Source: a bacterium (GTDB taxonomy: Bacteria; Synergistota; GBS-1). Taken from it: a DNA stretch of 64,000 nucleotides. Positions 38,928-47,582 of this stretch are shown here, piece after piece (the stretch's first letter is position 1; each line of letters opens with the position of its first letter). The stretch lies in assembly GCA_030153785.1 (NCBI GenBank), contig JASKLF010000005.1, positions 90,327 to 154,326 of the forward strand, written 5' to 3'. The notes beneath the pieces are model-generated. The model worked only from the letters and a program-made list of their open reading frames with translations. It ran no database searches and was not told the DNA's origin. The translations under genes were made by a program, and so were the position numbers.

Positions 38928-40606
38928 ATACCAACACATCGATCTTTAAGCTTCTTCTAAGGATGGGAGGAAGCGCCAAAACCAAGGATGGCTGCCAAAA
39001 AGGTATCTTTCAGAAAAGGTGTTCGAAGTTTTTCTTCTTTAAAGAACTTGAAAAGACCCTTTCAGGTTTTAATGAGTCTGATAATGGTGTTACGTCGGTT
39101 ACAGTCCAAGCTTCGCTTAAAACCCCCTCAAGCTCTAAAAAGTCAGGGAAAGGTGGCGAGGCTGAGAAAGAAGGGCACGGAGATCCTAATGACCTTTTGG
39201 GGCATAATGCGAATTTGAATACGGAGGAAGTTTCAAATAGGGTTGTTGCGACTTTGGAAAAAGGGATTAACGTTGTGGAGCTTTTTTTGATTAGTAAAGG
39301 TGAGGTTTATGAAAAAAAGCTTGAGAGGAGAAACGTGGCTTCCAATGAGCCTTGGGAGGCTGGGAAAAAGGTTGGTAAAACTGGGAAAGTTTTAAGCCAC
39401 GATTTTAATGTTTATGGGGATTTGGAAAAGGAAGCTGAGGTAGGAAAGGGTTCGCCTCTTAAGGAAATTTCATTGGAGGATGATGTTAAAGAGGCTCTCT
39501 CGAATTCTGGTGGTAAAGGTAGGAGCGTTGGGGAAATATTTTTCGGTTTAGAGAAAAAGGAAAGTAAGCTTCTTCGTGAAAACAGGGAAGAGAACTTTCA
39601 GGAAGGTTTTGAAAGGGAAGTTTCCACCACAAATGGGTTGAAGGATAAGTATTTAGAGCTCACCAAGAAGGTTGATGGGTCTGAAAAGATGGATGCCCGT
39701 TCTTCGGATAAGGATAGGGTGCAGATACATTTGGAGGACGGGAAGGCTTTTAATGGTTTTGGGAAATTTAACGGGGCGTTCGATGATAGTGAGGGACTTT
39801 CTTTTAGGGCATTAGAGGAAAGCAGGTCTTTGGGGAAGATCTCTGGTGGGGATGTGCCAGAGGTTTTGAAAGATTCAAGTCTCAGCATGCTTGGGCAAGG
39901 TAAGGAAGGCAAGGAGGAGGACGGGAAGGCTTTTAATGGTTTTGGGAAATTTAACGGGGTGTTCGATGATAGTGAGGGACTTTCTTTTAGGGCATTAGAG
40001 GAAAGCAGGTCTTTGGGAGGCAGAGAAAGTTCCTTAACCTCTTTATCCGAACATGTTGGCAATGACGGTCTTGGGGTGGGAGGAGCTACGGGCACAGGAA
40101 TGGATAGCGACATGTTTGAGAGCTTTAAGAATAGCGATAGTAACTTTGGAGGGGGAACTCAGCTACCGAAAGATGGTAGCTTATTTAGTCCGAAAGCCGA
40201 GCTTGATAGAGCTTTCACGGATTTTTTAAGGAGGTTTGAGCTTCACTTGAAAGATGGGAAGAGGGAAGCCGTTGTTGAGCTTCATCCTCCTGAGCTGGGT
40301 AAAGTTAGGTTTAGTGTGGAGGTATATGATGATAGGATTAACGCTCGTTTTTGGCTTCCCTCAACGGAGGTGAAAAATCTCTTTGAGAGTAACCTCCAGC
40401 AGTTACAGTCTTTCTTCAGAAACCAAGGGTATTATTTTGAGGCCTCTTTCTTCTATAGAGATTCGGGAAGGGAAAGTCAAGGATATCAAAAGAGCTCGGC
40501 AAGTCCTAAGAGGTCTACCTTAAATATTCAGAATATGGACGAGGAGTCATCTATCGTTTTACCCGAAGGCGTTGCCATGGAAGGTATGCTTGATATCTTT
40601 GTTTAA
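38924..40606 (+). CDS. fliK: Flagellar hook-length control protein FliK
   Basis: Long low-complexity N-region; C-terminal L.PPELGKV...V...F......K..FE.NL..L; directly upstream of flgD. Confidence 0.85.
   Translation: MNTNTSIFKLLLRMGGSAKTKDGCQKGIFQKRCSKFFFFKELEKTLSGFNESDNGVTSVTVQASLKTPSSSKKSGKGGEAEKEGHGDPNDLLGHNANLNTEEVSNRVVATLEKGINVVELFLISKGEVYEKKLERRNVASNEPWEAGKKVGKTGKVLSHDFNVYGDLEKEAEVGKGSPLKEISLEDDVKEALSNSGGKGRSVGEIFFGLEKKESKLLRENREENFQEGFEREVSTTNGLKDKYLELTKKVDGSEKMDARSSDKDRVQIHLEDGKAFNGFGKFNGAFDDSEGLSFRALEESRSLGKISGGDVPEVLKDSSLSMLGQGKEGKEEDGKAFNGFGKFNGVFDDSEGLSFRALEESRSLGGRESSLTSLSEHVGNDGLGVGGATGTGMDSDMFESFKNSDSNFGGGTQLPKDGSLFSPKAELDRAFTDFLRRFELHLKDGKREAVVELHPPELGKVRFSVEVYDDRINARFWLPSTEVKNLFESNLQQLQSFFRNQGYYFEASFFYRDSGRESQGYQKSSASPKRSTLNIQNMDEESSIVLPEGVAMEGMLDIFV
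39733..40017 (+). repeat. 102-bp near-perfect direct repeat inside fliK (39733-39834 and 39916-40017)
   Basis: Copies 183 nt apart, in frame, with one mismatch (GCG/GTG, Ala/Val); both encode EDGKAFNGFGKFNG(A/V)FDDSEGLSFRALEESRSLG. Confidence 0.95.
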
Positions 40607-40621
40607 GGGGGTGATTTTAAG

Positions 40622-41047
40622 ATGGTTTGGAGCACTAGCGGTATAGGAGCTAATTATCTTTATTCAAGTAATGGTAGCACCTCGAGCTCCGGGAACTCCG
40701 AGCTTGATAAGGATGCCTTTTTAAAGATACTTATAACTCAGTTACGTTATCAGGATCCTTTATCTCCCATGGATGATAAGGAGTTCGTTGCTCAGATGGC
40801 TCAGTTTAGCACGCTTGAGCAGGTTACAAATATGTCTAAGAACCTTGAAAACCTCCTTGTTAACTTTTCCTGGTCTCAGCTTGTTAATCTTATAGGAAAA
40901 ACCGTGAAGTTTACAGATTCGGAAACGGGTGAAAGTGTTCAGGGAAAGGTGACAGGTATTAAGCCCACGGATAGTGGGATAGTTCTTGTTATAAATGATG
41001 GGGCTTATGAGATACCTATAAATAATGTGGAAGAGATACTAATTTAA
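40622..41047 (+). CDS. flgD: Flagellar hook capping protein FlgD
   Basis: LDKDAFLKIL.TQL.YQDP..PMD..EF.AQMAQFS.LEQ, LIGK.V. Confidence 0.95.
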   Translation: MVWSTSGIGANYLYSSNGSTSSSGNSELDKDAFLKILITQLRYQDPLSPMDDKEFVAQMAQFSTLEQVTNMSKNLENLLVNFSWSQLVNLIGKTVKFTDSETGESVQGKVTGIKPTDSGIVLVINDGAYEIPINNVEEILI

Positions 41048-41110
41048 CTCCTCAGGGATGGCAAACTTCGGCGATGGAGCGCCTCTCTTGTTAAAAGGAG
41101 GCGTTTTAGA
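41048..41110 (+). promoter_or_regulatory. Structured flgE leader: RBS-occluding hairpin, competing GNRA hairpin and a CsrA-type site
   Basis: GGAGCGCCTC(41076) pairs with GAGGCGTTTT(to 41107), covering AAGGAGG. Alternative fold GGC-AAA-CTTCG-GCGA-TGGAG-C-GCC. TCAGGGATG matches CANGGANG. Confidence 0.5.
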
Positions 41111-42415
41111 ATGTTGAGAAGCTTATATTCTGGAATATCGGGTTTAAAGAATCACCTAATTGACCTTGATGTTATAGGTAATAATATATCTAATGTAAAT
41201 ACTATAGGTTTTAAAAGAAGCAGAGTAACCTTTAAGGATGTCTTATATCAGACTTTAAGGAGCCCCATGGCTCCAACGGGAAATATAGGTGGGATAAATC
41301 CGATGGAGCTTGGCATGGGGATGCAGCTTGGAGCCATAGATACAATTTTTACTCAGGGAACTCCTCAGATGACGGGAGTTAACACGGATCTCATGATTCA
41401 GGGAGACGGCTTCTTTGTTATAAGCGATGGTGTGGGTTACTATTATACGAGAGCTGGAGCCTTTAACATGGATTCAAATGGAACCTTCGTTGATCCTTCA
41501 ACCGGCTTTGTTCTCCAAGGTTGGGTGGCAAGTATCTCTTCTGATGGAACTACTGTGGTGGATACTACGGCTTTAGTTCCCGTGCAGGTTGAGGTTGGCT
41601 CTAAACTGCCTGGTGAGGAGACGACGAGGATAGACCTTGGTTGTAACCTTGATGCTACCGCTTCTATAGGTACCTCTTATACCACTTGGACGCAGGTCTA
41701 CGATTCCCTTGGTAATACCCATGACCTTAAAATATCTGTTGTGAAGACTGGGGAAAATCAGTGGTCTGTGGGATGGGTTTTAACTTATGAAACATCGGCG
41801 GGTAGCATTGGGGTAGTTGCTTCAGGACATCTTGCAAGTTTAACCTTTAATAGTAACGGATTACTTGACGCCACAAATGATATTACGGGAACCATTACCA
41901 TTCCACAAAATTCGTCAACGGCCTCCATATTTAGCGGGGCAACCCTACCGCAGGATATAACGGTCTATTTTGCTCACAAGGGAGATGCGATAGGTGGTGT
42001 GACCCAATTTGCTTCGGATTTCACGATGTCGGCCAAGTATGTTGATGGTTATCCTATGGGGGTGCTCAAGAGTTTTACGGTTGACCAGTCAGGATTGGTT
42101 AGCGGTATTTACAGTAATGGTAGAACCCAGCCTTTGTATAAACTTGCTATAGCCGTTTTTAATAACCCTTCAGGCTTAAACAAGGTGGGTAATACACTGT
42201 TTACGGAGAGCTACAATTCTGGAGAGGCTCAGTTTAAGTTTGCGGGAGAAGGAGGGGCTGGCGTCATCTTACAGGGATATCTGGAAATGTCTAATGTGGA
42301 TTTGGCGGAGGAGTTCGTCAATATGATTGTCGCTCAAAGAGGGTTTCAAGCTAACACGAGGGTAATCACAACGGCAGACGAAAATTTAAGAGACCTCGTT
42401 AACCTTAAGAGATAG
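41111..42415 (+). CDS. flgE: Flagellar hook protein FlgE
   Basis: GNNISNVNT.GFK.SR, YYTRAG.F, YDSLG, LEMSNVDL.EEF..MI.AQRGFQAN. Confidence 0.95.
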   Translation: MLRSLYSGISGLKNHLIDLDVIGNNISNVNTIGFKRSRVTFKDVLYQTLRSPMAPTGNIGGINPMELGMGMQLGAIDTIFTQGTPQMTGVNTDLMIQGDGFFVISDGVGYYYTRAGAFNMDSNGTFVDPSTGFVLQGWVASISSDGTTVVDTTALVPVQVEVGSKLPGEETTRIDLGCNLDATASIGTSYTTWTQVYDSLGNTHDLKISVVKTGENQWSVGWVLTYETSAGSIGVVASGHLASLTFNSNGLLDATNDITGTITIPQNSSTASIFSGATLPQDITVYFAHKGDAIGGVTQFASDFTMSAKYVDGYPMGVLKSFTVDQSGLVSGIYSNGRTQPLYKLAIAVFNNPSGLNKVGNTLFTESYNSGEAQFKFAGEGGAGVILQGYLEMSNVDLAEEFVNMIVAQRGFQANTRVITTADENLRDLVNLKR

Positions 42416-42431
42416 GAGGGATAAATAGGTA

Positions 42432-42626
42432 TTGATAAAACTTACAAGGCTTAATGGCAAGGAATTTGTCATAAACGCGGACCTTATAGAGACCGTTGAG
42501 GCTACCCCCGATACGGTTATTACGCTGGTTAACGAGCATAGGTATATAGTCAAGGAGTCTGTAGATGAGGTGATAAAGAAAGTGATAGAGTATAAACGAT
42601 CCTTGGGTAGACTTTTTGTGGTATAA
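42432..42626 (+). CDS. flbD: Flagellar protein FlbD/SwrD
   Basis: MIKLTRLNG..F.INADLIE.VE.TPDTVITL. Confidence 0.93.
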   Translation: MIKLTRLNGKEFVINADLIETVEATPDTVITLVNEHRYIVKESVDEVIKKVIEYKRSLGRLFVV

Positions 42627-42653
42627 TGAGGAAAATAGGATTTTCTGAAAAAT
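42619..42653 (+). promoter_or_regulatory. Internal extended -10 promoter for motAB with a downstream CodY-box-like site
   Basis: TGGTATAAT (42619-42627); GATTTTCTGAAAAAT (42639-42653) has 2 mismatches to AATTTTCWGAAAATT. Confidence 0.6.
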
Positions 42654-42662
42654 GGTGATATT

Positions 42663-43457
42663 ATGGATTTAGCGACTGCAGCAGGTATATTTATGGCATG
42701 GGCTCTTGTTGCGGGAGCGATAATATTGGGCGGGGATGTAGGTGCCTTTATTGATATTCCTTCCTTTTTGATTACTTTCGGTGGGAGTATATCGGTTACC
42801 ATAGCCAGCAACCCCATGGAAAGAATAAGGCTTTTACCTCTGATTCTGAGGAGCGCCTTCTTTAGTAAGGCTCAAAACATGATAGATGTTTTAAATCTGA
42901 TGATAAGATTTGCGGAAAGGGCAAGGAGGGAGGGCTTGCTGGCATTAGAGGATGAGGCTTCCGGCATAGAAGACCCCTTTATAAGGAAGGGTATTCAGCT
43001 TGTGGTTGATGGAACAGATCCCGAGCTTGTTAAGAATATTCTTGATGCGGAGATATCTTTTCTTGAGGAGAGGCATAAGTCCAACAGAGCCATATTTGAG
43101 GTATGGGGTGAAATGTCACCAGCCTTTGGAATGCTTGGGACATTGATAGGGCTCATTCAGATGTTGGGGCATCTCGATGACCCCAACGCCTTAGGTCCCG
43201 GTATGGCCGTAGCCCTTATAACTACTTTTTATGGTTCTATAATAGCCAATGCCTTTGCTCTTCCCATCGCTAAGAAGCTTGCTGTAAGGACTGAAGAGGA
43301 AGTCCTTCTTCGTGAGATGGTAGTTGAAGGAGTGTTAGCGATTCAAGCTGGAGAAAACCCCAGGATAGTGGAGGAGAAGCTGAAGGTTTATTTACCTCCC
43401 AACTTAAGGATGGTATACGAAAGCTCCAAGAAGAAGGCCGAAGAGGAGGCGGCCTAA
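42663..43457 (+). CDS. motA: Flagellar stator A subunit (MotA/PomA/MotP type)
   Basis: ARREGLLALE, QLVVDG, PAFGM.GTLIGL, AVALITTFYG, GENPR. Confidence 0.95.
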   Translation: MDLATAAGIFMAWALVAGAIILGGDVGAFIDIPSFLITFGGSISVTIASNPMERIRLLPLILRSAFFSKAQNMIDVLNLMIRFAERARREGLLALEDEASGIEDPFIRKGIQLVVDGTDPELVKNILDAEISFLEERHKSNRAIFEVWGEMSPAFGMLGTLIGLIQMLGHLDDPNALGPGMAVALITTFYGSIIANAFALPIAKKLAVRTEEEVLLREMVVEGVLAIQAGENPRIVEEKLKVYLPPNLRMVYESSKKKAEEEAA

Positions 43458-43465
43458 AAAGGTAG

Positions 43466-44197
43466 ATGCCGAGGGAAAAAAAGAGGAAGGAGGAGGCTAA
43501 AGGAGGAGCGGGTTGGCTCACTACCTATGGTGATATGGTTACCCTTCTTTTAACCTTTTTCGTCTTTTTGTTTTCCTTTTCTACCATAGATGTTATGCAG
43601 TTTCAAAAGATGATATTTTCCTTTAAAGGGGCCTTGGGAGTTCTTACAGGGGGAAAGACCTTTGATGTAGAGAGGATAATAGGCATGGGATTTACGGGTA
43701 TGGATGCGGGAAAGCTAAGGCAACAGACACCATACTTGAAGGAGGTAATGAAACAGGTTGAGAGGCTGGTTCAAAGGGAAAATTTGGGGGGGGAAGTGAA
43801 GCTCAGATTTACAAGAGAGGGGCTTGTGATAACCTTAACGGAAAGCATCCTATTTGACCCGGGTAGCGCAGCTTTAAAACCGAGTGCCCTTTCAGTCTTG
43901 CTTGAGCTCTCGAAGATACTATCTGATATTCCAAATGACTTGAGGGTAGAGGGGCATACGGACAATACTCCTATAAGTACGCCGATTTATCCGTCCAATT
44001 GGGAACTTTCCTCTGCAAGGGCGGCTTCTGTTGCAAAGTTTATAATAGATAGGGGAAAGATAGATCCAAGAAGGGTTTCCATAGCTGGCTATGGGCAGTA
44101 TAAGCCTATCGTTCCCAATGATACTCCCGAACATAAGGCCCTGAATAGAAGAGTTGATATAGTAATATTATCGACGAAGAGCTTGGTTCCCTTCTGA
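43466..44197 (+). CDS. motB: Flagellar stator B subunit (MotB/PomB/MotS type)
   Basis: WLTTYGDMVTLLL, OmpA-like EGHTD..P, SNWELS.ARA, NRRVDI. Confidence 0.95.
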   Translation: MPREKKRKEEAKGGAGWLTTYGDMVTLLLTFFVFLFSFSTIDVMQFQKMIFSFKGALGVLTGGKTFDVERIIGMGFTGMDAGKLRQQTPYLKEVMKQVERLVQRENLGGEVKLRFTREGLVITLTESILFDPGSAALKPSALSVLLELSKILSDIPNDLRVEGHTDNTPISTPIYPSNWELSSARAASVAKFIIDRGKIDPRRVSIAGYGQYKPIVPNDTPEHKALNRRVDIVILSTKSLVPF

Positions 44198-44204
44198 GGA
44201 GGTA

Positions 44205-44675
44205 TTGAGATTGAAGTTTAATTTAAGGCTTCCGGTGGATATGAAAATGATCATAGTGGTGTTGCTTGCAGTTGTTATATCGGCGGGGGTATCCTTTTTC
44301 GTTGCTCAAAGGATCATAGCGAATAGATTAAACCCTGGAAAGGAAACCCAGGTTATAGAAAGTGGTCCTATAATGGATCTTGGAGAGTTTACAATTAACC
44401 TTGCTGATAGGGATGAGGTCCGCTATGCGAGGTTTAAGCTTTCTTTGGAGGTAAATAGCTCTAAAGCGGTGGCTGAGCTTTCCAAGCCGGAGTGGAACGT
44501 GAAGCTTAGGGATGCGATAATAATAACTGTTAGGGATAAAACGGCCACCGATTTATCCAGTTCTGAAGGCTTGCTTTCGTTGGCTTCTGAAATAAAGACT
44601 AATTTGAATAAGATTATCCCCAGTGATAAGGGAAAGGTGCTTAGGGTTTATTTTACGGAGTTCGTGGTTCAATAA
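44205..44675 (+). CDS. fliL: Flagellar basal-body-associated protein FliL
   Basis: N-terminal TM; F.INLAD, RD.II, VYFTEFVVQ. Confidence 0.93.
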   Translation: MRLKFNLRLPVDMKMIIVVLLAVVISAGVSFFVAQRIIANRLNPGKETQVIESGPIMDLGEFTINLADRDEVRYARFKLSLEVNSSKAVAELSKPEWNVKLRDAIIITVRDKTATDLSSSEGLLSLASEIKTNLNKIIPSDKGKVLRVYFTEFVVQ

Positions 44676-44690
44676 GGTGGTGAGAGGAGA

Positions 44691-45677
44691 ATGCCTGATG
44701 TCCTGTCTCAGGATGAAATAGATGCACTTCTTGAGGCTTTGAGCTCTGGAAGTTTAGACATAGAAGAAATAAAGAAGGAAGAGACAAGGAAAATAAAGGT
44801 ATACGACTTTAGAAGACCTGACAAGTTTTCGAAAGACCAGATAAGGGGATTGCAGATGATACATGAAAGCTTTGCTCGTATTTTAACCACTAACTTATCT
44901 GCGAGGGTAAGGTCTGTAGTCCAGATGAAGGTTGTTTCTGTTGATCAGGTTACGTATGAAGAGTTTACGAGGTCCCTTTTTAACCCCACAGTTTTAGTAT
45001 TGTTTTCTCTTGAACCCCTTGAGGGGACGTCTGTGCTTGAGATAAACCCGGCTTTAATGTTCAGTATCATAGACAGATTATTAGGGGGCAGAGGAGAACC
45101 CTTGAAGAAGCCCAGGGAGCTTACGGATATAGAGATAACCGTGGTTAAAAGGCTCATAGATGATTTTCTTTTGGCTCTTCAGGAGGCATGGGGGCATATA
45201 GTGGAGCTTAGGCTTAAGGTGGAGGGGCTTGAAAATAACCCTCAGTTTGTTCAAGTAGCTCCTCCCAATGATATGACGGCTGTTGTGACGATAGATACAA
45301 AAATTGGAGAAGTAGAGGGTATGATGAATCTTTGTTTCCCGTATTTTACTCTCGAACCCATAGTGCCAAAGCTGAGTGCTCAATATTGGTTTTCTGCAAT
45401 AAGGAAGGAAACTCCTCCTGAACTAACAGAGCATTTAAAGAAAAAATTGGAAAAGGTTAAAATACCAGTGAAGGTTGAGCTTGGAAGTTCCTCAATAACG
45501 GTAGGGGAACTACTTGATTTAGAGGTTGGAGATGTTATACTCTTAAGAGAGAGAGTGGATTCATTGGTTACCGTAAAGATAGGTGATAAGGAAAAGTTTA
45601 AGGGTCGGGTTGGGACGCTGGGTAAAAAGCTTGCTGTTAGGGTAGAAGCACCGGTGGAAAAAGAGGAGGAATTTTAA
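44691..45677 (+). CDS. fliM: Flagellar motor switch protein FliM
   Basis: LSQ.EIDALL, YDFRRPDKFSKDQ, DRLLGG.G, E.NPQF.Q. Confidence 0.96.
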   Translation: MPDVLSQDEIDALLEALSSGSLDIEEIKKEETRKIKVYDFRRPDKFSKDQIRGLQMIHESFARILTTNLSARVRSVVQMKVVSVDQVTYEEFTRSLFNPTVLVLFSLEPLEGTSVLEINPALMFSIIDRLLGGRGEPLKKPRELTDIEITVVKRLIDDFLLALQEAWGHIVELRLKVEGLENNPQFVQVAPPNDMTAVVTIDTKIGEVEGMMNLCFPYFTLEPIVPKLSAQYWFSAIRKETPPELTEHLKKKLEKVKIPVKVELGSSSITVGELLDLEVGDVILLRERVDSLVTVKIGDKEKFKGRVGTLGKKLAVRVEAPVEKEEEF

Positions 45678-46784
45678 ATGAATGAGGGGCTTTTGACACA
45701 AGAGGAAATAGATGCCCTTCTTAGGGCACAGGCAAGCGGAAAAAAGGAAACTGGAATTTCTAACTTAGGCCCTGATGAGATAGATGCTTTAAGAGAAATA
45801 GGTAATATAGTTATGGGCTCTGCCTCTAATGTTCTTTCTATGTTGATAAGCAGGCATGTAGAGGCTTCGGTCGAAGATGTGAAGGAGGCCTTGGTTAAGG
45901 ATATATACGACTTGGAGAAAGGCAATGTTTTGCTTCTTAAAGCTACTTTTACCGAGGGTTTAAGTGGGGAATTTGGTCTGATTTTAAGCCAGAATGGAGC
46001 TTTGTTTATAGCAGATTTTATGATGGGGGGAGATGGCTCAAACTTACCAGCGGAGCTAAACGAACTTTATCAGAGTGCCGTTAATGAGGCATTAAGCCAA
46101 ATGTTGGGATCTATGACTACCTCTCTTTCTACCTTATTGGGAGGTAAGTATGTAATACTTCCTCCCTCTTCAGAGATCGTGAGTTTCGAGAATAAACCCC
46201 CAATAATATCCAGTTTGGGTGAGGACGATAGTGTGGTTTATATCTCCTACAAATTGAGAATTGGGGAAGAGATAGAAGAAAAGATGATACAGGTATTTCC
46301 TATCGAAATGGCTAAAGCGATGGTTTCCAAGCTTCTTTCTGCTACAGGTGAAAGCTCTGCTAAATCTGCTTCTGAACCACAGCCGGTCAGGGAAAGTGTA
46401 AAATCACAAGATACGGCTTCTATCCCTTCTGAAAGGGAACCTTTAAAGCCTCAAACTCAACCTGTAGAGGCTAAGCCTGTTCAATTTGCGCCACTTCAAG
46501 TTCAAGGTTCGCCATCTGTTCCACCCAAGAATATAGACCTTATACTTGATATACCTCTTAAGGTTACCGTTGAACTTGGAAAGACCGAGATGTATATAAG
46601 GGATATCTTAAATCTCGGTCCAGGCTCGATAATAGAGCTTGATAAATTAGCGGGTGAGCCCGTTGAAGTGCTTGTAAATGGTAGACCAATAGCCCGTGGA
46701 GAGGTTGTTGTAATAGATGAAAATTTTGGTGTTAGAATAACCGATATAATCTCTCCGAGGGAGAGGTTAGAAAAGCTAACATAG
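45678..46784 (+). CDS. fliY: Flagellar motor switch phosphatase FliY (CheC-like plus FliN domain)
   Basis: LTQEEIDALL, EIGNI.MG, MMGGDG, C-terminal NIDLILDIPL.VTVELG...GEVVVIDENFGVRIT. Confidence 0.93.
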   Translation: MNEGLLTQEEIDALLRAQASGKKETGISNLGPDEIDALREIGNIVMGSASNVLSMLISRHVEASVEDVKEALVKDIYDLEKGNVLLLKATFTEGLSGEFGLILSQNGALFIADFMMGGDGSNLPAELNELYQSAVNEALSQMLGSMTTSLSTLLGGKYVILPPSSEIVSFENKPPIISSLGEDDSVVYISYKLRIGEEIEEKMIQVFPIEMAKAMVSKLLSATGESSAKSASEPQPVRESVKSQDTASIPSEREPLKPQTQPVEAKPVQFAPLQVQGSPSVPPKNIDLILDIPLKVTVELGKTEMYIRDILNLGPGSIIELDKLAGEPVEVLVNGRPIARGEVVVIDENFGVRITDIISPRERLEKLT

Positions 46785-46821
46785 CTTGAAATAATTCTCA
46801 GGAAGGGAGAGGATGATGTAT

Positions 46822-47187
46822 ATGGGTGCTCGCGTTTTGATAGTGGATGATGCGGCTTTTATGAGAATGATGTTGAGAGATATATTAACGAAAAACGGAT
46901 ATGAAGTTGCGGCGGAAGCAGAAAATGGAGTTCAGGCTGTTGAGAAATATAAAGAGGTGAAGCCCGACTTAGTTACGATGGATATAACAATGCCTGAAAT
47001 GGATGGCATAACGGCTGTAAAAGAAATTAAGAAGATCGATCCACAGGCTAAGATAGTAATGGTCAGCGCTATGGGACAGCAGGCGATGGTCATAGAGGCT
47101 ATTCAAGCGGGCGCGTTGGATTTCGTTGTTAAGCCCTTTCAGCCCGACAGGGTTTTAGAGGCCATTAAGAAGGCTTTAAGCAGGTAA
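46822..47187 (+). CDS. cheY: Chemotaxis response regulator CheY
   Basis: VLIVDDAAFMRMM, MDITMPEMDG, SAMGQQ, KPFQ. Start is one of the ATGs at 46813-46822. Confidence 0.96.
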   Translation: MGARVLIVDDAAFMRMMLRDILTKNGYEVAAEAENGVQAVEKYKEVKPDLVTMDITMPEMDGITAVKEIKKIDPQAKIVMVSAMGQQAMVIEAIQAGALDFVVKPFQPDRVLEAIKKALSR

Positions 47188-47582
47188 TGTCTTTTCATCT
47201 TTCTTCTCCTCTTTTTGCTTTGGATGGAGCTACTTCTTCTGTGAGGCAGCTTCCTACCTTTGGAGAGCTCATTTTGAAAACAACCGTTGCCATAGTTATA
47301 GTAGTAGGTTTGATTTTTCTGTTTGCATGGTATTTAAGAGGGTATGTGGTAAGAAGTAGAGGTAGCGAGTTTATAAAGATCATTGATAAGGTTTATATAG
47401 ATACGCGGAGGTCCTTATGTTTAGTCAAAGTGGGCGATAGGTATTTTCTTTTGGGGGTTGGTGATGGAGGGGTAAACATGATAGCGGAGCTTGAAAAGGT
47501 TTCTACTATTGGAGGGGAGGAGGTCATTGTTAAGTCTTCTTTTAGGAGGCAGCTTGAGAGATTTTTGGGTAAAAAAGAATGA
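47187..47582 (+). CDS. fliO: Flagellar biosynthesis protein FliO/FliZ
   Basis: Single TM followed by IKII.K......SL.LVKVG.RYFLLGV; F...L. Confidence 0.88.
   Translation: MSFHLSSPLFALDGATSSVRQLPTFGELILKTTVAIVIVVGLIFLFAWYLRGYVVRSRGSEFIKIIDKVYIDTRRSLCLVKVGDRYFLLGVGDGGVNMIAELEKVSTIGGEEVIVKSSFRRQLERFLGKKE

Noticed and set aside
41051..41077. Sigma28 promoter before flgE
   Set aside because: TCAGG-N13-GGCGATGG is a poor match in both boxes and in spacing.
41060..41095. Complete c-di-GMP-I (GEMM) riboswitch
   Set aside because: Only GGCAAAC plus a GNRA hairpin; the GACGCAAA junction and second receptor stem are missing and the spacer is too short.
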